From the NCBI GenBank assembly GCA_003971905.1, contig RSEE01000020.1, positions 744,001 through 789,704 of the forward strand: a DNA stretch of 45,704 nt, in the 5' to 3' direction. This document shows, piece by piece, positions 10,496 to 22,823 of this stretch. The notes beneath the pieces are model-generated. The model was not told the DNA's origin. It worked only from the letters and a program-made list of their open reading frames with translations, and ran no database searches. Source of the DNA: Moniliella sp. 'wahieum' (lineage: Eukaryota). Each line of letters opens with the position of its first letter. Positions within the stretch are counted from its first letter, which is position 1. The position numbers and the translations under genes were made by a program.

Positions 10496-13400
10496 CATTC
10501 GGCGAATCGAATCCTGGCTGTCCTTGAAGCTTGCATAAGCTTGGCTCGAGTGCCTTCCACGTCCTTGCGATAGCAGGCCATGGCTGGGTGCAGCGCGCGC
10601 CGATGCCAGCCCAAAGCCCGCTCGCGAGCAAACATCCGAGAGACTCCCAGGGCCAGTTGTTCTACTCGACCACGACCTGCCTTCGGCATGTAAACCTCAC
10701 CCTGAATGCTACCTCTTCTCTTCCGGGCCTCGCGTCCCATCCTGCTCACAGTGCGATTCGATGAGCAAGTCACCTGCCACCTGCCACCTTCTCGACAGGA
10801 CCTTCGGCTGACCCCTGGAGGGAGTAGTTGTTGGACTCGACATGACTTCAGACGGCCTCACCTCGGTCGATGCCCGGGTCACTCCCACGGCTCTGGTTCA
10901 CGGGGGCTTCTTGCTCTTCCCACTCATGCTGACAGGGGGTTGACTTTGTGGGATGTTTTTGCAGGCAAACTGATTCGGATGGCCGTTGCCTCACCCCCTT
11001 GCCCGCCGCTACCGCGTTACGGGCGGGGCGAATCGCATGCATCTTTCCACTGACCTTTACTTTACCAGTCAGCTAGTCAGAACCTGCCCGAGCCGACGTT
11101 TTATCCCTTTGTCGAGTTGCGTCTCTTCTCGCTTGCCAGGCAAGGCCTCTGGTCACACCGGTTAGATCGTACCGGTGCGCTGCCCGCCTGCATCCCTTGG
11201 GCACAAACTACCACCCGCTTCTTGCGCTACAAGATTCCCTTTTCGATACCAGCTCTCCTGACCCGCACTACTATAATAGCCCCCTTCTGTTGTCGCCTTT
11301 TCTTACACCACGTACCGCAGGTCGTAACCAACTAAATGCAAAGCAAAGCATTGTGCACGCTATGCTATTGCGCCCACTCGCCTCATGAAGAGGTAACACG
11401 CCCGCTAGCCTCTGAGAACAAGACAGGGAAGTCGAAACCATAGCCACGGCGACGACTGCATGCATATGAAACGACAGGGAACTAACAGGTCGCACCAGTC
11501 GACCCCCAGAACACCGCGCCTATAATAGACCGAAAAAGAGTGGGTAGTATGCGATAGATTCCAGCCCCAGAGAGCAAGAGTGAGGGAAAAAGTACCCCCT
11601 CAACTCCCAAGGGCAAGGCGCCCGTGAGGGCACATCGCCGCAAGGGAGATGAGGAGAGAAGGCCCTGCACCCCGAAGAGAGCAAAACCGACGAAAGATTG
11701 AAGCGAGCTGCGCCCCGTAAGGAACGCAGCGGCCACCGCGCGCCAGTACCAACGACAAAGCGGGTCGGGCGTGCAATGCCGGCCACACGATGGTCGAACT
11801 GAGAATGCTTGAGCTCCCAGTCCTTCGCCTAGGTAAGTATGAGGTTCCAGATATTTCGTTCCAACCCCCTCCTTTTATACCTCGCCGTCCAGCTGCTGGG
11901 CCGGCGCTTTTTTGGCCCACGCGCCCTCATAGCCGGCACGGGGGCACTCCTTCCACCCGCGGCGAAAAAGACAGCACACGCCTGTGGTGCTGGCTGTGCG
12001 GCCTCCACATTGGGGGGCTAGCCACAGCGCCAGTGTTGCACGCTCGAGCCATCATCTCTGGCATCCAGGCACAGGGGCAGTGAGGTGTCGCAAACTTTTG
12101 TCCGCACGACATGAACACTTGAACTGTGACGCGTGTCGCGTGAGCGTGAACCACATGATGCATGAACGCTGGCACAGAGCCGTGTACCCCGCCTGTCCCT
12201 CCAGTGCCCCGCCGCGTGCCAGCAGTTGCATATTCCGCTTCCCCCGATTCCGCCACATCTTCGGCCACCATCCGGGGTAATTATTTTCTTCAGCTTTGGC
12301 ACGTTCACTGCCCCGCTTTTTACCAACACGTTCAGTTTGTTCACTTCTTCCTCCATTCTTCTCCATTTTCCTTCTTCTTACTTTTCCATCGTCAAGACCC
12401 GGTGCCTCTCCACCATTTTACGCTTGACAACCACGTTGGCAGCCACCTGCTTCCAGGACTCCCCAGTGCGGAACGCAATTACACCGGCGGTGAAAAGAAC
12501 TGCTTACAGTCCTGGAGGCGCTGCGTAATACTTGGAGGCACGATGTCGTTTCGGTTTCTTCAGTCACTGTTTTGACAGATGATGCCAACCTTACTGCATC
12601 CACCGCGCCCAAACATCTTGCTCGTCGACAGCCGCGTTAGCACGAGGAAATTTCGGCCATTAACATTCATCTTCGGTACAGACCTGGTGCAAGCAACGGT
12701 ATCGCTGATGCTCGAAGCCGCGCACCATTCTTTTCCCCTCACTCTTCTTCTAGGCAAAAAACTCCACTTTAGAAGAACCACCTTTCCAATCAGCTCGCTT
12801 GCCCTCCATCGCCCATAGGAGCTCCCAGCTTTCTCGTCCGGCCCCTAACGTGCAACCTCCTTGCAGACGCTGCCTAGCTCTATCCGACGAACAGCCAAGC
12901 ACTACTTGCGACCCTTGTTCCTTGGCCTTTGAATCTGAAGCGCGTTCATCAGTATATCGCGGGTCTTGTCTCCGATGGGTTACCGATGGGCAGGGAAGGT
13001 CCTTGCCTGGGAAGCCAATCCAGCAACCCCGTTACATTTAGAGAGGTTTTAGAATTTTCTGTATCGCCTCCATCCGTCGGTGTAGCTCATCTATGCAATG
13101 CAATACACCACCAACTGCCTCCTCTCGGGTCAGCCATATGCAAGCTTCCCTAACACGGCCGCTTTCAAAAGTAACTCTTCTCGCGTTAGGGAACGGTCTG
13201 TGAGAGGTCTCTTCATCTCCGAAACATGGTGTTCGCGCGGGTGGGCGGATGTACAGACGAGGCACTCACCATATTCACCTGTTCAAGTCCGACCGGGCTG
13301 CTGTCCACACCCATCCGACAACCCCGGAAAAAGTGTTGACGATTCGAGGTCACAGAGATGCATGGGGGCCCAGCATGGCTTGGGCTCTCTTGCGACCGCT

Positions 13401-15857
13401 TTCTCGTCATTTTTTAATCCTCATCGGGGCTCTTTCTCCGAAACGTTAGGACCGAGAGAGCGTGTGGAAACGAAGGGTTCGTCGACTGAGTTCGCTAACA
13501 GTGGTATACGCTGCACACACCCAAAGGATGGGCGAAGCAAGATGTGTGGGGGTGTTTTTGCAGTTAAAAAGGAGTGCGATTTGCGGTTGAAGCTGTGGGG
13601 ATGTAGAAGCACATATCAACGCGGAAGAGGAAGCAGACACTCTGCATGTGATGGTGTCCGTCGTGCATCGAGACTGGAGCTGTCACGGGGGGCGCCGCCA
13701 GGGGCCCGCCCTAGGGTTTTTGGGGTACAATCCCTTAGGCGACGGTAGGTCGACTCACGGTAGTTTCGGGCTTAGGCTGGTTGGTGTGTCCGAGCGGAGC
13801 TAGGGACGAGGAGAGGCCTTTGGTGGGGCGGCTGCACGTGTGGCAAGGCTGCGTCTGCACCGGCTTGGGCCGTAGTAACGTGTCTGAAGCCTCCGGGACT
13901 TAGGGACGGGAGGAGGCAGCGGCGGACAAACACTGCCTTAACTGGGACTGAGAATCGCCGCGACCGAAGGAGGGCTCGCGCGATTGGACTGACGAAGGGC
14001 TGGAGGACGAGGTCGGAGATGTCGGACGCTAACAAGAGGAGCTGCCTGTACTGGATCAATTGGCTGGAAACGGGCAGGAGTCGGACAAGATAGGCGGGAA
14101 AGGACGAGGGTGGAGACGAGAGATGACGAGAGGATGATGAGAGGGGACGAGAATGGAAGGTGGGGGAAAAGATCCCCATCAACCAGGGGTACAGGCAGGA
14201 TCAAAAGGGAAACGGATACAAGAGGGGGTGTAGAAAGGAAGACATGTCAAAAGCGGGGTTGGTCGCCACAGGCGCGACCGAGAAAGGAAACGGAAACGGG
14301 ACGGGACGGCAGTCGTCGCCACGGCACTGGAAGCTTGGTGGCCTTATTTAGGCCGGCCGACTTGGACTTGGGCGGGGGGGCGACTATTGTCGCGCGGAGC
14401 ATGGCCCTTCGGCCACGATACTTAATTTAGCCAACCATCATCACACTTGGTTGGCCTGCGGTGCACGCTCTACTGGGCATGTTCGGAGCAGGCGGGCCTT
14501 AGCTTGGGTCGGACCATCTCGTGTCCGCCGCAGCCCGTGACAGGAGCGTTCCACACGTTGAGCACGTTCGATGCAACATGTAACACGTTCAACATATCTG
14601 TCCAGGCGTAAGCGCGTACGTAGGTTCACCTGAATATTGCATCTTAATGGTGAGTTTGATTATTGCGGCAGGGGCAGAAACATGGTGTGAGCGGACGGGG
14701 CATGCTTTCGTACTGGGGCAGTGTTGCCGAATCTTCGCAGGGGAGAGTTCAACAATCAGTCTTCAGTGGCCCGTGCGCAGCCAGCATGGCTAGACAGGAG
14801 CTAGTTGGCCCAGTCCGAATCTGACGATGTGGCAGTTCGTTCGGTTGTTGGCCTAATAACCCAGTGTTTGGCTTCTGCCCTCCTATTCGCCACGCAGTGT
14901 ACTCACCGGATCACACTGGCCGCGTCGGTGTTGGTGCATGGTGGCTGACGCGCTCTGGCGCACGGGTGTACGGGTGGAGCACCTGCGTCATCGCGTCGTA
15001 GATCAGCTTGATGGATGGATGGTCGGTCGATGTCGATGATGGATGATCCATTCTCAATACCATGGCATCGTCATGCATCACTACGTCACTCTGAGGCACT
15101 TGCCATCGGTCGATGCCATCCGTGGAGATGCACCTGTGGGTGATGCAATGGGGGCGTGCCAATGGGGAGCCAGAGTGTGCTTGTGGTTATGCGCCCAATG
15201 GCAGCCCCGCCAGCCCGCCGCACCCCCGGATCCGAATGCTGTTTTGTGGTGATCGAGGTGACCAGTCTAGTCACGGAGTACTATAACACTGTAGCCCACT
15301 TTTCAAGTCACACGCGCCACGCCCTTCCGGGTTGTGTGCCCGGTGTGTGGCGGCTGGCGTCTGTGCCTCGCTTTGTGCCTGTGCTTCTGTTTTGTGTGGG
15401 CCAGCACATGTCGATTGCTTCGGCACTGGGGCAGCTGCTTCCGGCCTCCGCGGCGTAAGGCGAGACGGGCGTTGTGTCGATGATTGAGCGTGTATCGGTT
15501 ATGGTCGGTGATCGATCGCAAAGCAGTCCAGTGCTCTGGGGCGGCAAGGGGGGGGGCTCCGCGACCCCAGGTCGCAATCTCAGCCCAGCTCACGCCCAAC
15601 CGAGCCGCCGTCGCAGCAGGATGAGGACCAGGGCGGGCACGCGGCCACTCCCTGAGCCTCCCGCTTGGTTTGATTCGGCAGGCAGGGGTCTGTCTTCGCC
15701 ATCCCCCAACTCGTTCCATCGCCCTCCGCCGCACGGCAGCCACCCATCAACACCCCGCCTCCTTTGGTACAAAAGGCAGCATTTTGGTATACTTCACCGC
15801 TGCTCCCCCACCCCCACCACCGCTAACTCACCGCTGCCCCACCACTATTTCCTCACC

Positions 15858-17871
15858 ATGGCTGTTGTCGACGGTACCATCACTCTCACCGACTACCTCT
15901 GCGAGCGCCTGAAGCAGCTCGAGGTTGAGTTTGTCCAGGGCCTCCCGGGTGACTTTACCCTCGCCATGCTCACTCGTTGGCGCGAGGCCGGCCTCGGCTG
16001 GATCGGCAACTCGAATGAGCTCAACGCTGGTTACTCCGCCGACGGTCTTGCCCGCGTTCTCTCCGAGGGCCACCCACGCCCCGCTGTTCTCACTACTACA
16101 TTTGGTGTTGGTGAGCTGAGTGCCTGCAACGCCTTGGGCGGTAGCATGGCTGAGCGCCTGCCCGTCATTCACATTGTGGGCACTCCTTCGACGAAGGCTC
16201 AAGACGAGGGTCTCTTATTGCACCACACGCTTGGTATGTTCCTACCCCATATCCCCTTTTGATTTTCTCTAGTGCATCTGTTTGACCTCTGTCCATATCC
16301 ATACCAGGCGACCACAAATTCGACGCGTTTCTCAACATGGCCCGCCAGATCACGGGCTCCCAACTAGACTTGTACCAGATGCACCGTGAGGGTCGTCTGC
16401 CTCTAATCCCCAAGGGCACCAAGGCGGAGGACATTACCACGGGACTCGATGCCTGCCGTGCCATTGACTCCATCCTTGAGTTCTGTGTTTCCCGCTCGCT
16501 CCCTGTCTACATTGCGTACCCTTCGAACCTGGTCGACCTTCCTCTGCCCGTGTCGGCAGCAAAGCGCCTTGAGGAGTACAAGCTTCAAACGACTGTCACG
16601 CCCAACAACGCTGAGGTCGAGGCCAGTGTGCTCGAGGAGATCCTTGGCCGTATCAAGGAGGCGACTCAGCCCATCATTCTGGTCGATGCTTGCGCTTCGC
16701 GCCACAATGTGGTTGCTGAGACCCGCGAGTTTGCCAAGGTGACGGGCTTGCCAGTTTTCTCCACTCCCATGGGTAAGACTACCATCACCGAATTGGACAA
16801 CGAGCAGTTTGGTGGTGTGTACCTCGGTACTTTGACCAAGCCTGCCGTCAAGGACATTGTCGAGTCGTCAGACCTGATTATCTCTGTTGGTGCTCTTCTC
16901 TCTGACTACAACCGGCTCATTCTCCTACCGCACCAAGCGCACAGCCACAATTGAACTGCACTCGGACCACACAAAGATCGGCTATGCCGTCTTTGATGAC
17001 ATCAAAATGAAGTGGCTCCTGCCCAAGCTTACCCAGGCCTTGGCCGGCGAGCAAGGAAAGTACTTGGCGTCTACAAAAGCCCTTCTTGCCCCCGTTCGTT
17101 CGCTGAACATGAACACGCTCCCCTCGCCTGAGCAGGAGTTTGCTGAGCTGGATGAGCTTACCGCCTCTCGCCTCGGCGGTGCAGAAGGCTTTGCGGCCAA
17201 GGATGTGATCACTCAGGGTTACTTCTGGCCCCGTATGGGCCGCTTCTTTGAGGAAGGTGACACCATTCTTGGTGAGACGGGTACCTCATCGTTTGGTCTG
17301 ATCGATGTGACGTTCCCCAAGAACTCCAAGCTGATTGCCCAGATGCTGTGGGGTTCGATTGGCTACACGGGCGGTGCTGTACTCGGGGCTGCACTTGGGA
17401 TGCGCCAGTTGAAGCAGCACAACCCAGAGCGTCCTGGACGTACAGTGCATTTCATTGGCGATGGCTCCCTCCAGCTTACCGCCCAAGAACTTGGTACGGT
17501 TTTCCGCCATGGCCTGACTCCCCTCATCTTTATCCTCAACAACGACGGGTACGAAATTGAGCGCCAGATCTACGGGCCCGACGAGTTTTACAATGACATT
17601 GCGATCTGGAATCACTCCAAGCTGATTGACTTCCTCGCCGCCCCCGGCCTGGACCAAACCCAATGTGCCCTCGCACGAAGCGGACCCTGTGCCATCCACG
17701 ACGCAGTTCCACGCGGTCCACACCAAGGCAGAGCTCGAGGCATTACTGACCAACGAGGAGTTCAACAAGGCCGACAAGGCTCACGTGGTGGAAGTCTTCT
17801 TGCCCCGCGGTGACGCTCCTCCAGCTCTCAAGCGCCAAGCTGCTCTTTCGGCTGCTAACAATGCGGCCTAA
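15858..17871 (+). CDS. PDC: Pyruvate decarboxylase (TPP-dependent 2-oxo-acid decarboxylase)
   Basis: GLPGDF, NELNAGYSADG, TTFGVGELSA, LLHHTLG|DH (intron 16234-16307), ETGTSSFG, LWGSIGY, GDGSLQLTAQE..LNNDGYEIER. Frameshifts near 16910 and 17640-17670. Confidence 0.95.
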
Positions 17872-18600
17872 CGCTTTCATTGGTCCTACAACCCCTGATA
17901 TATGTGCGCTGTTTTACCGCGGCACACTCCATCTGATCACGACTACTGCTTCAGCACCTCACTGTTATATCCATGTTTTGTCTTTATCTTTCCATGCATT
18001 AATGGGTGCCAGGCTGTTGAGAGATGATGATAAAACACAACTGCACAATGACAGTAGTAGTACTATAGCAAAGAGATTTTGATGCTCCCACATCCTTGAA
18101 TGGATCTAGGTGGTTATGGTTATCGAGGAGATCAGAACGTCCTTGATGCAGGCTTGATGTTTCGGTGGCCTCAGCACTAGCGTGGGACACAATATACGAG
18201 TCAAGCGGACAACCACATCCCGATCTTTTAGCCTAAGTAATTCCAGACAAACATGTTGGCATGCAGTCACGACCCTCCCTGCCATGGGTAGAGCCCGTGC
18301 ATGGTCAATCGCGCTTGCAACAAGATTCAGTGCATCATCAAGGTATCATCACTCTCCTATCAAGGGCAGCTACAAGCACCTCCTCCGGCGACCGCGCATC
18401 ACTTGGGGGAGAGGATCCATCAACATAATGAACAAGAACAGTCGAGTCCTGACAGCCAGTACACAACCAACAGATTGGGAAAAGAATGATACATGAGTAC
18501 AGAGTAGGTAGTACCTTGGCTACCAGTATAAGGTGATAAGGGACAGAGTAGACGAGGGAGGCAAAACGATGAATGCAAAGAGGACATCGAGAGGACATTA

Positions 18601-18951
18601 CTACCATCGACGGTGGTTGTTCATCGCGTACGCATTTGCACCGGAATGTCTTCCACGACGACTACGGACCCCACCGCGAGAGCACCATCTCGGTACCAGC
18701 GACCATTGTCGCCACCGTCTGAGTACTATAGTGCACCATCCCTTCCAACTCAGCGGTCACTTCCTGCTTATCGCTTCGCGTAAAATCTTGACCAGCTCCT
18801 GTGCCGATTGATTTGGAGTCGCCATTGGAAGTGAAGAAAGTGACGGCGTTGCCTTTGGCACCGGGGCGTACGTCCCATCTGGTGAATGCACAGTCCTCTC
18901 AACATTGGGCATTTGTCCACACACTAATCACGTATGTGATTTCCTTGGGGT
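18601..18951 (-). pseudogene. DBP2: Decayed terminal exon of DEAD-box RNA helicase Dbp2/p68
   Basis: After a branch point and acceptor (CTGAC..TTTCAG ending 18952), across frames: DPKEITYVI, IHQMGRT, PGAKGNAVTFFTS, AQELVKILREA, KQEVTAELE, Gly/Arg-rich tail ending GRHSGANAYAMNNHRRW*. Matches the Dbp2 C-terminus (DVKxIxYVINYD..EDYIHRIGRTGRAGAKGTAxTFFT..ARELVxILREAxQ..RW*) but core motifs are substituted. Confidence 0.78.
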
Positions 18952-19126
18952 CTGAAATGGAACACCGGTGTCAGTAGAAGCCCGGCTCTAAGGCCGAGTG
19001 CTCCTCCCCCCCTGGAGGTTCAGGTTTTTTTCTCCTGTACTTGTACCTCCCAAAGCATTGAAGACCCTCATGGAGCTCCACATAACAGGTACAATTTTGT
19101 TAAAGTGTAGTGTCAATTCCATTTTT

Positions 19127-20415
19127 TCAGTCCTTCTTCTCCACCGGGTCCCCACGTTGAACTTCTGCTAGCGCCCAGCGCCGAAACACGTAATCGTACT
19201 GAGCGACTCCTGTCAGCCGCACCTTACCCTGTGATAATGTCGTTGCCGCCCTCTCGACCCAGGCCGGGTCTCGCAACAAGCCCCGACCCACCGAGATGAG
19301 CTGCGCTTTGCCGTTTAGCAGTGCGTCCTCTGCCACTTGACCCGGATAGTCTCCGCCTTGCATCAGGCCCACGGTGGAGACGAGCGCCTTTTGACCCAGT
19401 AGTCCTTCGTCCCGCAGTGCCTGGGTGACCCGTTCCGCCAGGGGTAGCTGGAAAGCAGCCTTCATCCCATTCGCCCCATGACCCGGCCGAGCCGACTCCA
19501 TCGTCTGTCCTCCCCCGATACGTCGATCACCTCAGCTCCGGCACGCACCAAGAGCGGAGCCAGGCGTACGGCCTCCTCGATCGTCCATGATGGCCGTGGG
19601 AGGTGCTCCTCGTAGTCTGACCCGTTGATGCGCACCCATACGCTCCGCTTTGTTTCGGTCTGAACTTCTTCCACAATCTCCCGCAAGAGGCGAGTGCGGT
19701 TGTCGAAACTGCCTCCGTACATGTCCTGCCGTTCATTGGTTGCAGGCGAATGGAAGGAGGAAAGAAGGTAGCCATGAGCAGCATGAATCTCAACAAAGTC
19801 GTCCCTGCTTGGAACGCACGTTGAGCAGCGCGTACAAACGCACGTTTGATCAATCCTACCTCATCCAGTGACAAGACGTGCGGGATCAAGCATCCCTCTG
19901 TATAAGGGATGGAAGAAGGTGCCACCGTCTCCAACACCCCCCCTTGGGAGGCAGGAACAAACCACTTGGCTTCTTTGGGCCCCATAGGTGGGAGCCCAGT
20001 AATTTGCCTTGCGTCCTGCATGCGCCAACTGCACTCCCACTGTGACCGAGGGAGAGAGCGCTTTGAGGGTTGCGACCAAGCGCGCATGACTCTCTACCTG
20101 TTCCTCTTGCCACAGCCCAAGATCTTGAGGTGAAATTTTGCCCCTTTCCTCGACCACCGTCGCTTCCACAACCACCGTCCCCACCCCGTGCATGGCCGTC
20201 GCGCCCAGGTGAGCGTGGTGGAACGGCGTCACCTTCCCGTCCCCCTCGGCACTGTACATGCACATGGGGGATTGCACCACCCGGTTCCGCAGCAGAAGCC
20301 CGCTCTGCGGCAAGCGCACCTCCTCCAACAGCTTGGGCACTGACGTTGCCGGCTCCACCACGTCTGTCGTGTGCCCGGGCAAGGGCAGCCCGGTGTAGGG
20401 GATGTTGAGTCGCAT
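19127..20415 (-). CDS. NADH:flavin oxidoreductase, Old Yellow Enzyme family (YqjM-like)
   Basis: RNRVVQSPMCMYSA, VVEATVV..GKISPQDLGLW, GVQLAHAGRKA, EIHAAHGYLLSSF, YGGSFDNRTRL, SVGRGLLRDP. No intron recognised; several frameshifts. Confidence 0.92.
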
Positions 20416-21625
20416 CCAAGGAATGCGAAGGCGTGGAGGTGTGAGGGGCGAAGACTTGTCGATCTGGTGCGAGGGTGGCGGCCTGCAGGATCTGTACTTC
20501 TAGTCCGTGAGTGTACTTAAAACTCCTGGGAAGAACATTGCGCTGCGCAGTCTCTGATCGGTACGTTCAGTAAGTAGTCATCGAGTCCTCCCAGATCTCA
20601 CCGATCACCATCTTATCATTATGTACATCAGGCCCATCAGGATGTGCATGAGGCTGCACCAGGTACCACAGACCTCAAGCACCATGGCGACCACTTCCGT
20701 CGGTGGGTTGCGCGCAGCTACTAGTTAGGGGGGTTGGCATACCTCGGCGATAGCCTCGATGATGTCGATGATCGACAACTTCGGTCAATATTCCATCGTT
20801 TTCCCCCTTCATGGAAAATGATCAAGGAGACGCACAATGAAACTCATCGCTTGCAGTAGACTGCCAGACATGCCCTCACATGCGTCTTCGATGTGCATAC
20901 TATGATGCCGTGACCCCCACTTCCCGGCCCACGCGCCGTGGTTCTTCGGCAACCGAGATTAGTTTAAGTAACGCACCCACAGGCGTGTGGAGGTGCACCA
21001 CCTCTGCGCTGTGGGTAACAACACCCTTATGAACGCGCCCTCAGAGAAGTCATCGGGCGGGGGCGGGTAATAGTAGATTCGATCTTTGGTCTAGCTGCGG
21101 CCCATCATATCTCCTTACTAGTTGCAGTTGGCTGGCGGCAAGCAAAGTACTTGCGCAGTGGATCGGTAGTAGGGTTGACATATGCCCTATCGAATGTGGC
21201 CCATGCTGTTTAGCGCACTGTCACATAACCCGCATTTGCGTTTCAATCCTCTAGTTCAGCGCCAAAGGTGGAACCCGTTTTAGTGGGTGTGGGCGACTTG
21301 CGGCTGGGAGTAAAAGTAGAGACCCAGGCCTTATTTCCCTATCGCGGCCAAACACATTGAAGATGTGAGAGAAGGTGATTGATCGCCAAAGTTGTCCAGT
21401 GAAAAAGTAAGCCGAAGTACAATCCAGTATAGAGAATCTGCCCCCGTAACATCCAACATGATGCATGATGAGAGCAACCAACCCCCGAAGGCAATTTAGC
21501 CACATATCCTCGTTGAACGTCGCCATTAGGCATGACTATGGTCGCGCAAAAATGGAAGTGCAAACTGAGGAATGTGTATAGACAGATGGATATGCCAAGG
21601 GTAAGGTTGTCGTCGACAGCTCTAG

Positions 21626-22130
21626 TTACTGGGCCAAAATTTGGCGGACAAATTGTTCGTAGTTAATGTTGCCGTCGCTGTGTATGTGGGGGGGGGGGGG
21701 GGGGGGTCAGCAAGGACTTGGGAACACTAGCAAGGGATGAGGGATTAACGTACGCAGACACGGGCACACCCTTGAGCAACTCGTCAACCTCTTGGTCGGT
21801 CAACTTTTCTCCTAGTGAGGTCAGCACGTAACGCAGCTCGCCTGCGCCGATAAAGCCATTGCCTTCCTTGTCAAAGACTTGGAAGCCCCGGATGAATTCA
21901 TCAGGCGTGCCAGCTGGCTTGAAGCCATTGGGCCGTTGTAGGATGGAGACAAACGTGGCGTAGTCAATCTCGCCTGGCGGGGGCACCGCAGCGATCAACT
22001 CAGCCACCTCCGCTTGGGTTGGGTTCTGGCCCAGCGCGCGCAGCAGGTCGCCCAGCACCGACGAGGGGATCTGGCCCGTGCCGCGCTTGTCGAACAGGGC
22101 GAAGGCCTCCTTGAACTCGGCGTCGGACAT
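21626..22130 (-). CDS. EF-hand myosin essential light chain (Cdc4/Mlc1 type)
   Basis: [61 protein letters not shown]. Intron 21678-21753 gives [18 protein letters not shown]. No frameshift. Confidence 0.95.
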
Positions 22131-22823
22131 GGGGTGGAGGCGGTGAAGAGGATGGGTGGGGTGGTTGAGGCAGGCTGGGGGACTTGTGTTGCGGGAGAAC
22201 TGGACCGAACAGAGCAGGCCGACTCCACTGGGCGCCACACCGGCCTACACTGGCGCTGGGCCTGGGCCCGTGTTGGTTCTGACACGCGCAGCATTTCCAT
22301 TCCGCCCTGCCACGTCACGCGTCACGCGTCAAGCCTCGAGCTTCAGCCTGTAGCGCTTCAGCGCTTCTGCCTATCAGCCTCGTGCTCTTCAAGCTTCAAG
22401 CTTCAAGGCGAATGCTCGGGAACGCCGGGGGGTGTGCGGGGCTGCTGCTGCCTCCCCACCACCAGCACCGCCAGTGAAGTAAAGGGATACGCGATCCGCC
22501 CTGTCACTCGTCACGTACGAGATGAGATCGCCGAGTCTACCTTCGCTCTTGCCCTCCCACCTTTTGTGGATAGGCATGTTATACATGTCTCCTGCGGGCA
22601 CATTAGCCAAGCAATCTCATGGTGACGCTCATAGTGACGGGTCACGCACCCAACCATATGGGGAGAAAGAATACAGGCAACTAGCGCGAAAAATAACATC
22701 ACAAGTAATAACTGAGCGCAACGAACGGTACAAGGAGGGAGGGGTTGGTGGGCGCGAGGCACCATAGACAGAAGAAAGAGTGCGAAGCCGGCGATCTGCG
22801 CACGCCTGCAATGGTTTTGCTTG

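Noticed and set aside
15858..20415. PDC plus OYE (or aconitase plus mitoferrin) as a metabolic gene cluster
   Set aside because: No backbone enzyme, transporter or cluster regulator links them; neighbours are unrelated housekeeping genes.
20740..20800. Minus-strand peptide LSIIDIIEAIAE followed by a GTATGC donor
   Set aside because: Too short to assign and not extendable in either direction.
21465..21568. ATGATGA..CTGA pair on the + strand
   Set aside because: No terminal stem or recognisable guide; such short boxes are common by chance.
21688..21706. G19 run
   Set aside because: It is the poly-C tract between branch point and acceptor of the myosin light chain intron; length is unreliable in this assembly.
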